A stretch of 64,000 bases of DNA from Pseudomonadota bacterium (GTDB lineage: Bacteria; Pseudomonadota; Alphaproteobacteria; Dongiales; Dongiaceae): assembly GCA_021792365.1 (NCBI GenBank), contig JAJYUT010000002.1:452313-516312 (forward strand), written 5' to 3'. This document shows, piece after piece, positions 9,536-20,034 of this stretch (position 1 is its first letter; every line of letters begins with the position of its first letter). The translations under genes and the position numbers were made by a program. The notes beneath the pieces are model-generated. The model made no database searches. It was not told the DNA's origin and saw nothing but the letters and a program-made list of their open reading frames with translations.

Positions 9536-10662
9536 TGCGCGGCCCTTTGCGCATCGGCAACGTGGCGGCGCAGCACGCGCATACGGCTCTCCAGGCCATC
9601 CTTGTCGACGTAGCAGCCTTGCAGGTGCCGCCGGCCAAGATTGGCATCGAAGGCAGTGCGGCCATGCAGGGCCCGCTCGTTCTCCATCACCAGCAGGTCG
9701 CCCGGCGCGAGGCGGAAGGCGAGCGCGCGCTCCGGCTGCTTCAGGAGGCGGGCGAAATTGCGATAGGCGGCATACCAGGGCTCGACCAGCTCGACCGGCC
9801 CGTCGATGCCGGCAAAGGAGCGGTTGTTGAAATGGATCGCCGCGATCCGCCCCTCGACATCGACACAGATGAGGGGCCTGCGCGCCTGCAGATCTGCGTC
9901 CTTGTCGGCGAAGCGGAAATTGGCCGGGACGCGCGCGAGCAGGTCGAACTGCCCTGGCGCCTCGGTCCGCAACTGCTCCGCCGCCGCGAAGCCGTCGACC
10001 AGGATAGAGTCGCCGCCGGGCGCATCGGACACCAGGCAATGCAAGAGCTGCACGCCAGGCGTTGGATCGCGATAGGGATTGTCGCTGTGGACGCCAAGGC
10101 CGAGGGCGGTGTTGGCAAGGTTGTTGGGATCGGGCACCGAGATGACGTCGAACAGCCGGCCATAATTCGTGGTGCGCACGAAGCCGAGGCGGTCGCCGAC
10201 CTCCGCCACCATGCCGGGCCGCGCCGGCACATTGCGCAGCAGCCCGAAGCCGTAGCGGTGATAGGCCTCGAGCCAGGCCAGCTCCGCGGCCGGGTCGCGT
10301 GCGATCGCCGCCCAGTCGCCTTCCGGCAGCGCGGCGAGATCGGCGCCCCACAGCGTGATCGGCGCGGCCGCGCGCCTGGTCTTCAGGTTGTGCTCATAGA
10401 GAAAGGCCGCGGGATAGATCGATACGTGGCCCTCGGTCCAGGCCACGCGCACGCTGCCGTCACCCTGCGTCGTGACGCGCTCGATCCGCGGGTGCTCCGG
10501 CAGATCGCCGATCTCGAACAGGCGCTGGCCGCTGGGATGGCGGCACTGCGAACAGGCGCATTGGTCGCGCAGCCAGATCGCGGGCCAGAAGCTGGTCGTG
10601 CCGTCACTCCACGTGGCGGCTACGCCGCCCTTCTCCGGTTCCGCGAGCACGATGCGACGCAT
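9532..10662 (-). CDS. Gamma-butyrobetaine-hydroxylase-like Fe(II)/2OG dioxygenase, TmpA-like
   Basis: N-terminal Zn-type WLRDQCACSQCRH domain, HxD (GVHSDNPYRDP), distal H (ALHGRTAF) and RHLQGCY. Adjacent to an HD oxygenase in a phosphonate operon. Confidence 0.85.
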   Translation of the reverse strand: MRRIVLAEPEKGGVAATWSDGTTSFWPAIWLRDQCACSQCRHPSGQRLFEIGDLPEHPRIERVTTQGDGSVRVAWTEGHVSIYPAAFLYEHNLKTRRAAAPITLWGADLAALPEGDWAAIARDPAAELAWLEAYHRYGFGLLRNVPARPGMVAEVGDRLGFVRTTNYGRLFDVISVPDPNNLANTALGLGVHSDNPYRDPTPGVQLLHCLVSDAPGGDSILVDGFAAAEQLRTEAPGQFDLLARVPANFRFADKDADLQARRPLICVDVEGRIAAIHFNNRSFAGIDGPVELVEPWYAAYRNFARLLKQPERALAFRLAPGDLLVMENERALHGRTAFDANLGRRHLQGCYVDKDGLESRMRVLRRHVADAQRAAQ

Positions 10663-10666
10663 GGAT

Positions 10667-12100
10667 TCAGCTCCAGGGCAGCGAATAGGTCTTGACGTTG
10701 GTGAAGGCCTTCATGGCCTCGATCACGCCTTCCTTGTAGCCGAGGCCGCTGTCCTTGATGCCGCCGAAGGGCGACATCTCGATACGGTAGCCCGGCACCT
10801 CGCGCACGTTCACCGTGCCGACCACCAGCTCCTTGATGAAGCGCTGGATGTAGTCGAACCGGTTGGTGCAGATGCCCGACGATAGCCCATAGCTGGTCGA
10901 ATTGGAAATCCGGATCGCGTCTGCGATGTCCTTGCAACGGATGATGGGCGAGACCGGGCCGAAGGTCTCCCACCTCACCAGGCTGCAGTCGTAGGGCACG
11001 TGATCAACCACGCTCGGCGCATAGAGCGCGCCTTTACGCTGGTTGCCGTGCAGCAGCTTCGCGCCGGCCCGCACCGCGTCGTTCACCATGTCCTCGCAAT
11101 AGCGCGCGGCTTCCTCGTCGATCACGGTGCCCATGTCGACATCCGGATCCATCGGGTCGCCGAACTTCACCCTCTTGGTCTTCTCCACCAGCAGCGCGGC
11201 GAAGCGGTCTGCGATGGCCTCATGCACGATCATGCGCTTGACGGCGGTGCAGCGCTGGCCGCTGTTCTTGTAGGAGCCATAGACCGCGAGGCTGGTCGCC
11301 TCGTCCAGGTCGGCGTCCTCCATCACGATCAGTGGATCGTTGCCGCCCAGCTCCAGGACGGCACGGCGATAGCCCATGTGCTCGGCGATATATTTGCCGA
11401 CCTTCACGCCGCCGGTGAAGGTGATGAGGTCGACATCCGGATCGGTCAGCAGCGTGTCCGCGATCTCGCGCGGATCGCCGGTCACCACCTGGAACATCTC
11501 CTTGGGCAGGCCGGCCTCGTACAGGATGTCCGCGAGCAGCAAGGCCGTCAGCGGAGTCTTCTCCGACGGCTTCAGCACCATGCGGTTGTTCGTGGCGATC
11601 GAGGGCGCGATCTTGTGCGCCACCTGGTTCAGCGGGTGATTGAACGGCGTGATCGCCGTGATGACGCCCTGCAGCGGGTCGCGCTGGGTGAAGATCTTGC
11701 GCTTCTTGCCGTGCGGGGTGATATCGCAGGAGAAGATCTCGCCATCATCCCGGATCACCGCCGTCGAGGACAGGAAGAACACGTCATAGGCGCGCCCCAC
11801 CTCGTAGATCGTGTCCTTGAGGCAGAGACCGGATTCGGCTGTGATGAGCTCCGCGATCTCCTGCTTGCGCGCGACCAGCAGGTCGGCAGTCTTGCGCAGG
11901 ATCTCCGAGCGTTGGGAGCGCGACAGGTCCGGCTTGAACGCCCTGGCCGCTCGGAACGCCTTCTGGACGTCCGCCACGCTCGCCTTCGGCACCGTGCCGC
12001 AGATCTCGCTGGTATAGGGATTGAAGACGTCGATGTGGCGGTCGCTGGTCCCCGGACCGGTCGCGACGCGCATGTGCTCCTTGCGGATCGGAATGCCCAT
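10667..12100 (-). CDS. phnY: NAD-dependent phosphonoacetaldehyde dehydrogenase
   Basis: ALDH motifs ITPFNHP, KPSEKTP, LELGGNDP, SGQRCTA and ETFGP; operon with phnW and phnA. Confidence 0.9.
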   Translation of the reverse strand: MGIPIRKEHMRVATGPGTSDRHIDVFNPYTSEICGTVPKASVADVQKAFRAARAFKPDLSRSQRSEILRKTADLLVARKQEIAELITAESGLCLKDTIYEVGRAYDVFFLSSTAVIRDDGEIFSCDITPHGKKRKIFTQRDPLQGVITAITPFNHPLNQVAHKIAPSIATNNRMVLKPSEKTPLTALLLADILYEAGLPKEMFQVVTGDPREIADTLLTDPDVDLITFTGGVKVGKYIAEHMGYRRAVLELGGNDPLIVMEDADLDEATSLAVYGSYKNSGQRCTAVKRMIVHEAIADRFAALLVEKTKRVKFGDPMDPDVDMGTVIDEEAARYCEDMVNDAVRAGAKLLHGNQRKGALYAPSVVDHVPYDCSLVRWETFGPVSPIIRCKDIADAIRISNSTSYGLSSGICTNRFDYIQRFIKELVVGTVNVREVPGYRIEMSPFGGIKDSGLGYKEGVIEAMKAFTNVKTYSLPWS

Positions 12101-12107
12101 GATCTTC

Positions 12108-13361
<1,254 letters not shown>

Positions 13362-14492
13362 CTACTCCGCGCTTTGCTTGAGGGGGCTGCCGCTCGCGAC
13401 GCCCATTTCCGCCATGGCCTCGCGGATCGCGGCGGTCACGCCCTTCATGTGGCTCTGGTCCAGGCGCCCGATGCATCCAATGCGGAACGACGGCGTCGCC
13501 GTCAGCGTTCCGGGATAGATGACGTAGCCGCGATCCTTCAGCTTGTCGTAGAAGGTCTGGAACTGAAAGCGCGGATCGGCCGGCATGCGGAAGGTGACGA
13601 TGATCGGCGCCTGCAGCTCGTCGGGCAGCAGCGTCTCGAACCCGAGCGCGCGCATGCCGTCGACCAGAGTTTGCCAGTTCTGCCGGTAGCGTGCGCCGCG
13701 GCCGGCGACGCCGCCTTCCACCTCGTGCTCCGTCAGGGCCTGGTCGAAGGCGACGATGCAATGGATCGGCGGCGTGAAGCGGTACTGGCCGGTCTTCTCG
13801 AGCGCCTGCCATTGGTCGTGGAGGTCGAGGGAAAGGCACGGCGCGCGCCCCGCGCTCTGCTTCAGGTCGTCGATGCGCGCCAGCACGAAGCTCAACCCGG
13901 GCACGCCCTCGATGCATTTGTTGGATGAGGCGGCCACCGCCTGGAACGGCACGCTCCGGCTGTCGAGTTCGAGCGCGCCGAACGCGCTCATGGAATCGAT
14001 CAGCAGCTTGCGGCCCGCGGCCGCGACGACCCGCGCCATTTCGGGCAGCGGGTTGAGAATGCCGGAGGTGGTTTCGCAATGGACGACCGCGACATGGGTG
14101 ATCGCGGGATCCGCGGCCAGCGCCTTGCCGACACGCGCCGGATCGACAGGCTGATCATCCGCCCAGTCCAGGTGAACGACCGCGCGCTTGGAATAATCGC
14201 ACATGCGCACGATGCGCTTGCCGTAGTTCCCGTTGACCAGGACCAGCAGCTTGCCGTCCGCCGGCACGAAGCTGTTGACCATCGCCTCGACCGCGAAGGT
14301 GCCGGCGCCTTGCATCGGCACGCAGGTGAAGGCGCCCTGCCCGCCGATCATGGCGACCAGGCGCTCCCGCATCCGATTGTTGATCGCGACGAATTTGCCG
14401 TCCCTCGAGCCCCAATCGTGCAGCATCGCCTGCTTCACGGATGGCGACGTGGTGAGCGGCCCCGGGGTCAAAAGCCAAGGATCATGAGACAT
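13362..14492 (-). CDS. phnW: 2-aminoethylphosphonate--pyruvate transaminase
   Basis: LLTPGPLTTS, DWGSRD, VHCETTSGILNP, IDSMSAFG, PLP lysine motif ASSNKCIEGVPG and RFTPP. Confidence 0.95.
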   Translation of the reverse strand: MSHDPWLLTPGPLTTSPSVKQAMLHDWGSRDGKFVAINNRMRERLVAMIGGQGAFTCVPMQGAGTFAVEAMVNSFVPADGKLLVLVNGNYGKRIVRMCDYSKRAVVHLDWADDQPVDPARVGKALAADPAITHVAVVHCETTSGILNPLPEMARVVAAAGRKLLIDSMSAFGALELDSRSVPFQAVAASSNKCIEGVPGLSFVLARIDDLKQSAGRAPCLSLDLHDQWQALEKTGQYRFTPPIHCIVAFDQALTEHEVEGGVAGRGARYRQNWQTLVDGMRALGFETLLPDELQAPIIVTFRMPADPRFQFQTFYDKLKDRGYVIYPGTLTATPSFRIGCIGRLDQSHMKGVTAAIREAMAEMGVASGSPLKQSAE

Positions 14493-14595
14493 TTAGCGCC
14501 CTCAATGGAGGAGCGGGGCAACTGGGCCCGCGGCTCGTTGCCTTAAGATGGGCTCCCGCTTAGTATAAGGCAAATCGCAGTTTATTATACGTCGC

Positions 14596-14610
14596 ATAGA
14601 TGACATCTAT
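14596..14610. promoter_or_regulatory. Candidate LysR recognition site (T-N11-A palindrome)
   Basis: ATAGATG-A-CATCTAT perfect dyad in the divergent phnW/lysR control region, overlapping the lysR ATG at 14600. Confidence 0.55.
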
Positions 14611-15490
14611 AAGTCACAGCCAGCTCAGGGCTTTCCACGCAGTGGCGACCGAGGGCAGCTTCACCAGGGCCGCCCAGCTCCTGAACGTGACGCAGCCGAC
14701 CTTGTCCGGACAGGTGCGGGCGCTCGAGGAACGCTTCGGCGTGCGCCTGTTCGACCGGCGCCGGCGGCGCATCGAGGTGACGGATATCGGCCGCAACCTG
14801 CTCGACATCACCTTCCGCATGTTCAGCCTGGAGCTGGAAGCGGTGCAGGTGCTCTCCGCCGCTCATGCCCTGAAGCGCGGACATCTCAGGATCGGCGCCG
14901 ATGCGCCCTATCACTCCGTTCCGTTCCTCTCGGCCTTCCACCGGCGCTACCCGGATTTGCGCCTGTCCATGACCATGGGAAACACCAAGTCGCTGCTTGA
15001 CGACCTGCTGGACCAGCGCTGCGATGTCGCCATCGCCGCCAATGTGAAGACGGACAGCCGGATCTTTGCCCTGCCCTTCCGGCAGGATCACTTCATCGCG
15101 TTCGTGGATCGCGCCCATCCATGGGCGCGGCGGCGCAGCGTGAAGCTGGGCGACCTGGCGGGCCAGCGCCTGCTGCTGCGCGAGCCGACCTCCAACACCC
15201 GCCAGACCTTCGACGCGGCCATCGCCCGGTCGCGCATCGTGCTGGGCGAGATCCTGGAGATCGGCAGCCGCGAAGCCATCAAGGAAGCCGTGGCGGCCGG
15301 CCTCGGCGTCGGCGTGATCGCCCAATCGGAGCTGGGCGACGATCTGCGCCTGAAGGCGCTGCCCTTCGAGGGCGAGCAGATCACCTCCACCGAATTTGTC
15401 GCTTGCCTGCAGGAGCGCAAGGGCTCGCCCCTGGTGAAGGCGTTCTTGGCCGTGGTGAAGGACACGACCGACCTCAAGGGGGCGCGGTGA
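14600..15490 (+). CDS. LysR-family regulator of the phosphonate operon
   Basis: N-terminal HTH (GSFTRAAQLLNVTQPTLSGQVRALEE) plus substrate-binding domain; divergent from phnW. Confidence 0.93.
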   Translation: MTSISHSQLRAFHAVATEGSFTRAAQLLNVTQPTLSGQVRALEERFGVRLFDRRRRRIEVTDIGRNLLDITFRMFSLELEAVQVLSAAHALKRGHLRIGADAPYHSVPFLSAFHRRYPDLRLSMTMGNTKSLLDDLLDQRCDVAIAANVKTDSRIFALPFRQDHFIAFVDRAHPWARRRSVKLGDLAGQRLLLREPTSNTRQTFDAAIARSRIVLGEILEIGSREAIKEAVAAGLGVGVIAQSELGDDLRLKALPFEGEQITSTEFVACLQERKGSPLVKAFLAVVKDTTDLKGAR

Positions 15491-15954
15491 AACGGCTTTT
15501 CTTCACACTTCTCGCCCTGCTGTGCACGCCCGATGCGCTGGCGCAGCAGCCGATCTGGGAACGAGGCCGCGATGGGCGCTTTGAGATCGCGGTCGCCGCG
15601 CTCGCGCCCGGCTCGACCCTGGGCTTCTTCTGCTCGGCCTACCAGGTGCCCAACACCGCGATCATCAGCCTGCACAACGTGATCCTCGGCCCGCTCCTCT
15701 CGGACGGACAGCGCTTCGATCTGCGTTTCGTGATCGACGGCGTACGCTACGACCTGCCCGGCATCGCCAAGGATGGCGAGGTGCTGGTATCGCCGGCCGA
15801 CGCCAACATGGAGCTGCGGGTGCAGGAAGTGACGAACGCGCTGCGCGCCGGCAGAAACGCGCAGGTCGCGGTGCCGGCGAAAGCCTGGAAATCCAAGCTC
15901 CCGCTCGACGGTGCCGACCTGGCGCTCGAGGGCGTTTTCGAGAAGTGCTGGTAG
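15487..15954 (+). CDS. Secreted hypothetical protein
   Basis: GTG start overlapping the lysR TGA, signal peptide (KRLFFTLLALLCTPDALA) and a mature-domain Cys pair (GFFC ... EKCW). Confidence 0.65.
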   Translation: MKRLFFTLLALLCTPDALAQQPIWERGRDGRFEIAVAALAPGSTLGFFCSAYQVPNTAIISLHNVILGPLLSDGQRFDLRFVIDGVRYDLPGIAKDGEVLVSPADANMELRVQEVTNALRAGRNAQVAVPAKAWKSKLPLDGADLALEGVFEKCW

Positions 15955-15955
15955 G

Positions 15956-16267
15956 TCAGACCACCAGCCAGAAGCAGAACCAGGCGACGACGCCCACCCG
16001 GGTAAAGGTCGCGAAATTGCGGCGGCCGGCATGGCGGCCGGCGCTGCGCCACACGCCAAACCCCGTCACTACTGAATAGGGCAGTGGCAGCAGGTGAACG
16101 ATGACAGCCCAGGCGATGGGTGCATCCCACAGCAGCAGGGCAACGGACAAGGTCGTGGCGGCTAGGTTGATGATGAGGCCGTAATAGATCGCGTAGTGCC
16201 AGAATGCGATCTCGAGCGGCAGCTCGCCGCGCCACAATTCCCCAAGCCTTCGCACGACGCTGCTCAT
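15956..16267 (-). CDS. Small hypothetical membrane protein
   Basis: LWRGELPLEIAFW followed by three hydrophobic segments, including GVWRSA. Confidence 0.6.
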   Translation of the reverse strand: MSSVVRRLGELWRGELPLEIAFWHYAIYYGLIINLAATTLSVALLLWDAPIAWAVIVHLLPLPYSVVTGFGVWRSAGRHAGRRNFATFTRVGVVAWFCFWLVV

Positions 16268-16319
16268 GACGCGGAGATTCGCATGTCTCACGGCGATTCG
16301 GTAGCCACGCCTTCGACCG

Positions 16320-17969
16320 CTAAGCGGTCGCCTCCTCCTTGAGCCGCGAAGGGTGGAGTTCGCCCGCCGCCTCGAGGCGCGGCTGAGCGACCAGCGCCAG
16401 GTGCGAGTTGATGCGCTTCAGGTCGCGCAGGATGTCGAGATGCAGGCCGGAGGTCGAGATGCTTTCGACCCGCCCTTCACGCAGCCGCAGCAGATGGTTC
16501 TCCGATGCTGTCTTCTCCAGCACGCGGAACACCTGCTTCTCCGCGAACAGCTTGCGCGCCAGCGCGATGTCGGCGGTCATGAACACGTTCATCGCAAGCT
16601 GCACATTGGCATTGAGGCGGCGGTGGATGTCCTCGATCTCCTTCGCGCCCTCGTCGGAGAACTTGAGCCCGTATTTGACCTTCTTCCCAGCCAGATCCAT
16701 CAGGCTCTTGTCGACGATGTCCGCTGCATGCTCCAGGTTCGTCGTGAAGGTGATTAGGTCGATAATCTTCTTGTGATCGTGCACATCCATCACGTCGCGG
16801 CTGACGCGCGTCAGGTACAGCTTGATCGCCTCGTTGAGGCGGTCGATCTGGCTGTCCACGTCGGAGCAGACGTCCACCAGCCTGCGATCGTCGTTCTGGA
16901 ACGCCTGCAGCGACAAATCGAGCATCCTGCTCAGAAGGTCGCCCATGCGCAGGGCCTCGCGGCTGGCATTGGCGAGGCCGATGGACGGGTTCTCGACCGC
17001 GCTCTCGGTCAGGTAGCGCGCCTTGCCGGGATCGTCCGGACGCTCCTGCTCCGGCAGCAGGCGCTGCGTCAGGCGCGAGACCGGCCCGATGAGCCAGATG
17101 AACAGGACGGCGAGGCCGAGATTGAACACGACGTGGAAGTTCAGCACCTGGCGCCAGGTCTCCGGCTGCAGGCTCGCGATCTCCGGCATGATCAGGGGCA
17201 GCAGCGGCATGGCGATGACGACGCCGGCGACCCGGAAGATAAGGTTGCCCACGGGCACCCGGCGCGCCTCCGGCGGCTCCGACAGGGTGGCGATGATCGG
17301 CATCACCGCGCTGCCCAGGTTGGCGCCGAGCACGAGGGCATAGCAGACCTCGACCGGGATCAGGTCGTGGGTCGCGAAGGACACGACCAGCAGGATGATG
17401 GCGAGGCTGGAGGTCGACGCGATTGTGAGCAGCGCCCCGACGATGACGCCGGAAACGGGCGTGTCCTCCATCAGGCGGAGAATGAGGGGAACCACCGGCG
17501 CGTCGCGCATCGGCTCGGCCGCCAGGGTGATCATGGCAAGCCCGAGCAGCGTAATGCCGAGGCCGATGATGGCGCGGCCGAGGTCGCGCGTGCGCGTCTC
17601 GGTCACGTGGTTGAACATGATGTAGCCGACCAGGATCAGCAGCGGCGAGATCCAGGTCACCTTCAAGGCATAGGCCTGGGCGACCAGCGAGGTGCCGACA
17701 TCGGCGCCCAGCATGATGGCGAGCGCCGCCCCCGCCCCCACCACCTTGCGCGAGGCGAAAGAGGACGTAATGAGCGCCGTGGCGCTGGAGGACTGCAGCA
17801 GCATGGTCGCGCCCAGCCCGCCGAAGAAGGCGCTGAAGCGGTTGCCCATCGTGCTGCCCAGAAAGGCGCGCAGATGGCTGCCGAAGGCGCGCATAACCCC
17901 CGTCCGCACCATGCGCAGCCCCCATAGAAGCAGCGCCGCCGCACCAAATAGATTAATGAGAAAGACCAT
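16320..17969 (-). CDS. Na+/phosphate cotransporter family protein with C-terminal PhoU-like domains
   Basis: Repeated LLQSSSAT / IMLGADVGTS and STSSLA / VLGANLGSA motifs; helical C-terminus (NLEHAADI, HLDILRDLKRINSH). Confidence 0.9.
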   Translation of the reverse strand: MVFLINLFGAAALLLWGLRMVRTGVMRAFGSHLRAFLGSTMGNRFSAFFGGLGATMLLQSSSATALITSSFASRKVVGAGAALAIMLGADVGTSLVAQAYALKVTWISPLLILVGYIMFNHVTETRTRDLGRAIIGLGITLLGLAMITLAAEPMRDAPVVPLILRLMEDTPVSGVIVGALLTIASTSSLAIILLVVSFATHDLIPVEVCYALVLGANLGSAVMPIIATLSEPPEARRVPVGNLIFRVAGVVIAMPLLPLIMPEIASLQPETWRQVLNFHVVFNLGLAVLFIWLIGPVSRLTQRLLPEQERPDDPGKARYLTESAVENPSIGLANASREALRMGDLLSRMLDLSLQAFQNDDRRLVDVCSDVDSQIDRLNEAIKLYLTRVSRDVMDVHDHKKIIDLITFTTNLEHAADIVDKSLMDLAGKKVKYGLKFSDEGAKEIEDIHRRLNANVQLAMNVFMTADIALARKLFAEKQVFRVLEKTASENHLLRLREGRVESISTSGLHLDILRDLKRINSHLALVAQPRLEAAGELHPSRLKEEATA

Positions 17970-18138
17970 CTAGTCCCGCGACAGTCGGCTGGAACTGCGC
18001 GCCTTATGCAAAAACATTGTCACTAAACTGTAACATAGCACGTTCCACGCAGATTCGCGCGCCGCTGATCAACGCTCCAGGGCGCTTAGAAGTTCTCTCC
18101 GCCGTCCGGTCCTGGCGGGGGTCTTGCCGGTGGGTCTG

Positions 18139-18543
18139 TCAGTTGGGCGCGGGCCCGGGAGATGCGGCGACCACCGGCACGCGGCCGGCGATCGGGCCCG
18201 CATGGTGATGGACCATCCGCCAGATCTTGCCGTCGCGCGTGAACAGGTTGGTGGCGATGAAGCCGTGGCCGGACACCGATTCGAGGCAGCATACGATGCC
18301 CATGTCGCCGATCAGGTCGCGCGCCAGCACGCGGTGGGAGATCGGCATCGGGCCCGCATTGGCGAAGATCTCCGCCCAACTGCGCAGCACCGCGTCGCGT
18401 CCATGGATGGGTTGCCATCCCGGATGGCAGCAGAATACCGCCGCGCCCTCCGCCCACAGGTCCGACATCTGGTCGATATTCGCGCTCGAGAACGCGTCGT
18501 AGAACGCGCTATTGGCGAATTCGACGGCGGCGAGCGTGCTCAT
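18139..18543 (-). CDS. SnoaL-like / NTF2 family protein
   Basis: ANSAFYDAF, CCHPGWQPIHGRDAVLRSW, ATNLF and WRMVHHHAG. Confidence 0.8.
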   Translation of the reverse strand: MSTLAAVEFANSAFYDAFSSANIDQMSDLWAEGAAVFCCHPGWQPIHGRDAVLRSWAEIFANAGPMPISHRVLARDLIGDMGIVCCLESVSGHGFIATNLFTRDGKIWRMVHHHAGPIAGRVPVVAASPGPAPN

Positions 18544-18812
18544 GCGGACACCCTGCTGTTCGCGTTTTGGCCGGCCTCGCTTGAAGCCAACACCCTGTCA
18601 CCCGGCGCCGCTCCCGCGGCATGCCGTCTGCCGCCAAAGGCCTGCGCAAACGATACCTTCAAGCCGGGGCCAAACCTAGCCGCCAGATCTGCTCCAACGG
18701 CCGCGGCGGCCGCGCCGGCGGCAAGAGATCGGAAAGCGGCATTTCGTCAAGCATCCAGCCGGGCTCTTGCACGCGCGCTTCGGCGCTGCAACATTGCCCG
18801 ACAGGAGGACTC

Positions 18813-19217
18813 ATGATCGGACGCTTGAATCACGTTGCCATCGCCGTGCCGGACCTGTCGGCGGCATCCGCGACCTATGGCGCCGTTCTCGGCGCCAGGG
18901 TGTCGGCGCCGGTGCCGCAGCCGGCGCACGGAGTCACGGTCGTGTTCGTGGAACTGCCCAACACCAAGATCGAATTGCTGCAGCCCCTGGGCGATGCCTC
19001 TCCGATCAAGGGATTCCTGGAGCGCAACCCGAGCGGCGGCATCCATCACGTCTGCTACGAGGTGGACGACATCTATGCCGCGCGCGACCGGCTGAAGGCC
19101 GAGGGCGCGCGCGTCCTGGGCGATGGCGAGCCGAAGATCGGCGCCCATGACAAGCCGGTGCTGTTCCTCCATCCCAAGGACTTCCACGGCACCTTGATCG
19201 AACTCGAGCAGGCCTGA
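18813..19217 (+). CDS. mce: Methylmalonyl-CoA epimerase
   Basis: MIGRLNHVAIAVPDL, KIELLQPL, GGIHHVCYEV, VLFLHPKDFHGTLIELEQ; GGAGGA RBS. Confidence 0.93.
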   Translation: MIGRLNHVAIAVPDLSAASATYGAVLGARVSAPVPQPAHGVTVVFVELPNTKIELLQPLGDASPIKGFLERNPSGGIHHVCYEVDDIYAARDRLKAEGARVLGDGEPKIGAHDKPVLFLHPKDFHGTLIELEQA

Positions 19218-19218
19218 C

Positions 19219-19473
19219 GTGAGCTACTGGTTTTCCCAGGCGGCGATCTTCCTCCTGATCTGGTTCGTGGTCCTGTTCGCCGTCCTGCCCTGGGGGGTCC
19301 GCCAGAGCGCCGAGCCGGAGCCTGGCCATGACCCCGGCGCGCCGCTCAATCCCAACCTCGGCCGCAAGGCCATCATCACCACTGCCATTTCCTTGCTGCT
19401 GTGGGGTGTCTATTTCTTCGTGACGCAGATTCTCGGGTATTCGCTGCTGTCGCTCTCTCTGACCGGAAGCTGA
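19219..19473 (+). CDS. DUF1467 family membrane protein
   Basis: IWFVVLFAVLPWGVR ... GHDPGAP motif, usual position downstream of mce; GTG start. Confidence 0.8.
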   Translation: MSYWFSQAAIFLLIWFVVLFAVLPWGVRQSAEPEPGHDPGAPLNPNLGRKAIITTAISLLLWGVYFFVTQILGYSLLSLSLTGS

Positions 19474-19476
19474 ACC

Positions 19477-20034
19477 ATGGCATCCTATTGCGACATCGCC
19501 CCCGGCCATGAATGGCACGGGCCTTATCACCACTCGCAATACGGCTTTCCGATCGCGGACGACAACCTGCTGTTCGAGCGTTTGATCCTAGAGATCAACC
19601 AGGCGGGCCTGAGCTGGCTCACCATCCTCAAGCGTCAGGACGCGTTCCGAAAAGCCTTTCGCGGATTCGAGATCGAGAAGGTGGCGCGCCTCTCGGGGCG
19701 CGACGTGGAACGGCTGATGCAGGATGAAACCATCATCCGCAACCGCATGAAGATCGAAGCCACGATCGAGAACGCCAAGCGCATCAAGGCGATCCAGCGG
19801 GAAACCGGCTCCTTCGCCGGCTGGCTGACGTCGCATCACCCGAAACGCAAAGACGAATGGGTGACGCTGTTCCGCAAGACCTTCGTCTTCACCGGCGGGG
19901 AGATCGTGGGCGAGTTCCTGATGAGCATCGGCTACCTGCCGGGCGCGCATCACGCCGGTTGCCCCGTCTACAAGCGCGTCGCAAGGCTGAAGCCAGCCTG
20001 GGCCGAGGCGGAGAAGAAGGGCTTCCGCTACTGA
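19477..20034 (+). CDS. tag: DNA-3-methyladenine glycosylase I
   Basis: YHHSQYG, LFERLILEINQAGLSWLTILKR, IIRNRMKIEATIENA, FVFTGGEIVGEFLMSIG and HHAGC. Confidence 0.9.
   Translation: MASYCDIAPGHEWHGPYHHSQYGFPIADDNLLFERLILEINQAGLSWLTILKRQDAFRKAFRGFEIEKVARLSGRDVERLMQDETIIRNRMKIEATIENAKRIKAIQRETGSFAGWLTSHHPKRKDEWVTLFRKTFVFTGGEIVGEFLMSIGYLPGAHHAGCPVYKRVARLKPAWAEAEKKGFRY

Noticed and set aside
8990-10351. 453-aa ORF suggesting a long or fused HD protein
   Set aside because: The N-terminal part is an Arg/Ala-rich out-of-frame shadow of the dioxygenase; the real gene starts at ATG 9535, overlapping the upstream TGA.
18544-18812. 269-bp gap upstream of mce as a possible cobalamin riboswitch or sRNA
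   Set aside because: No B12-box or other recognisable riboswitch core found by eye; an Infernal/Rfam scan would be needed.
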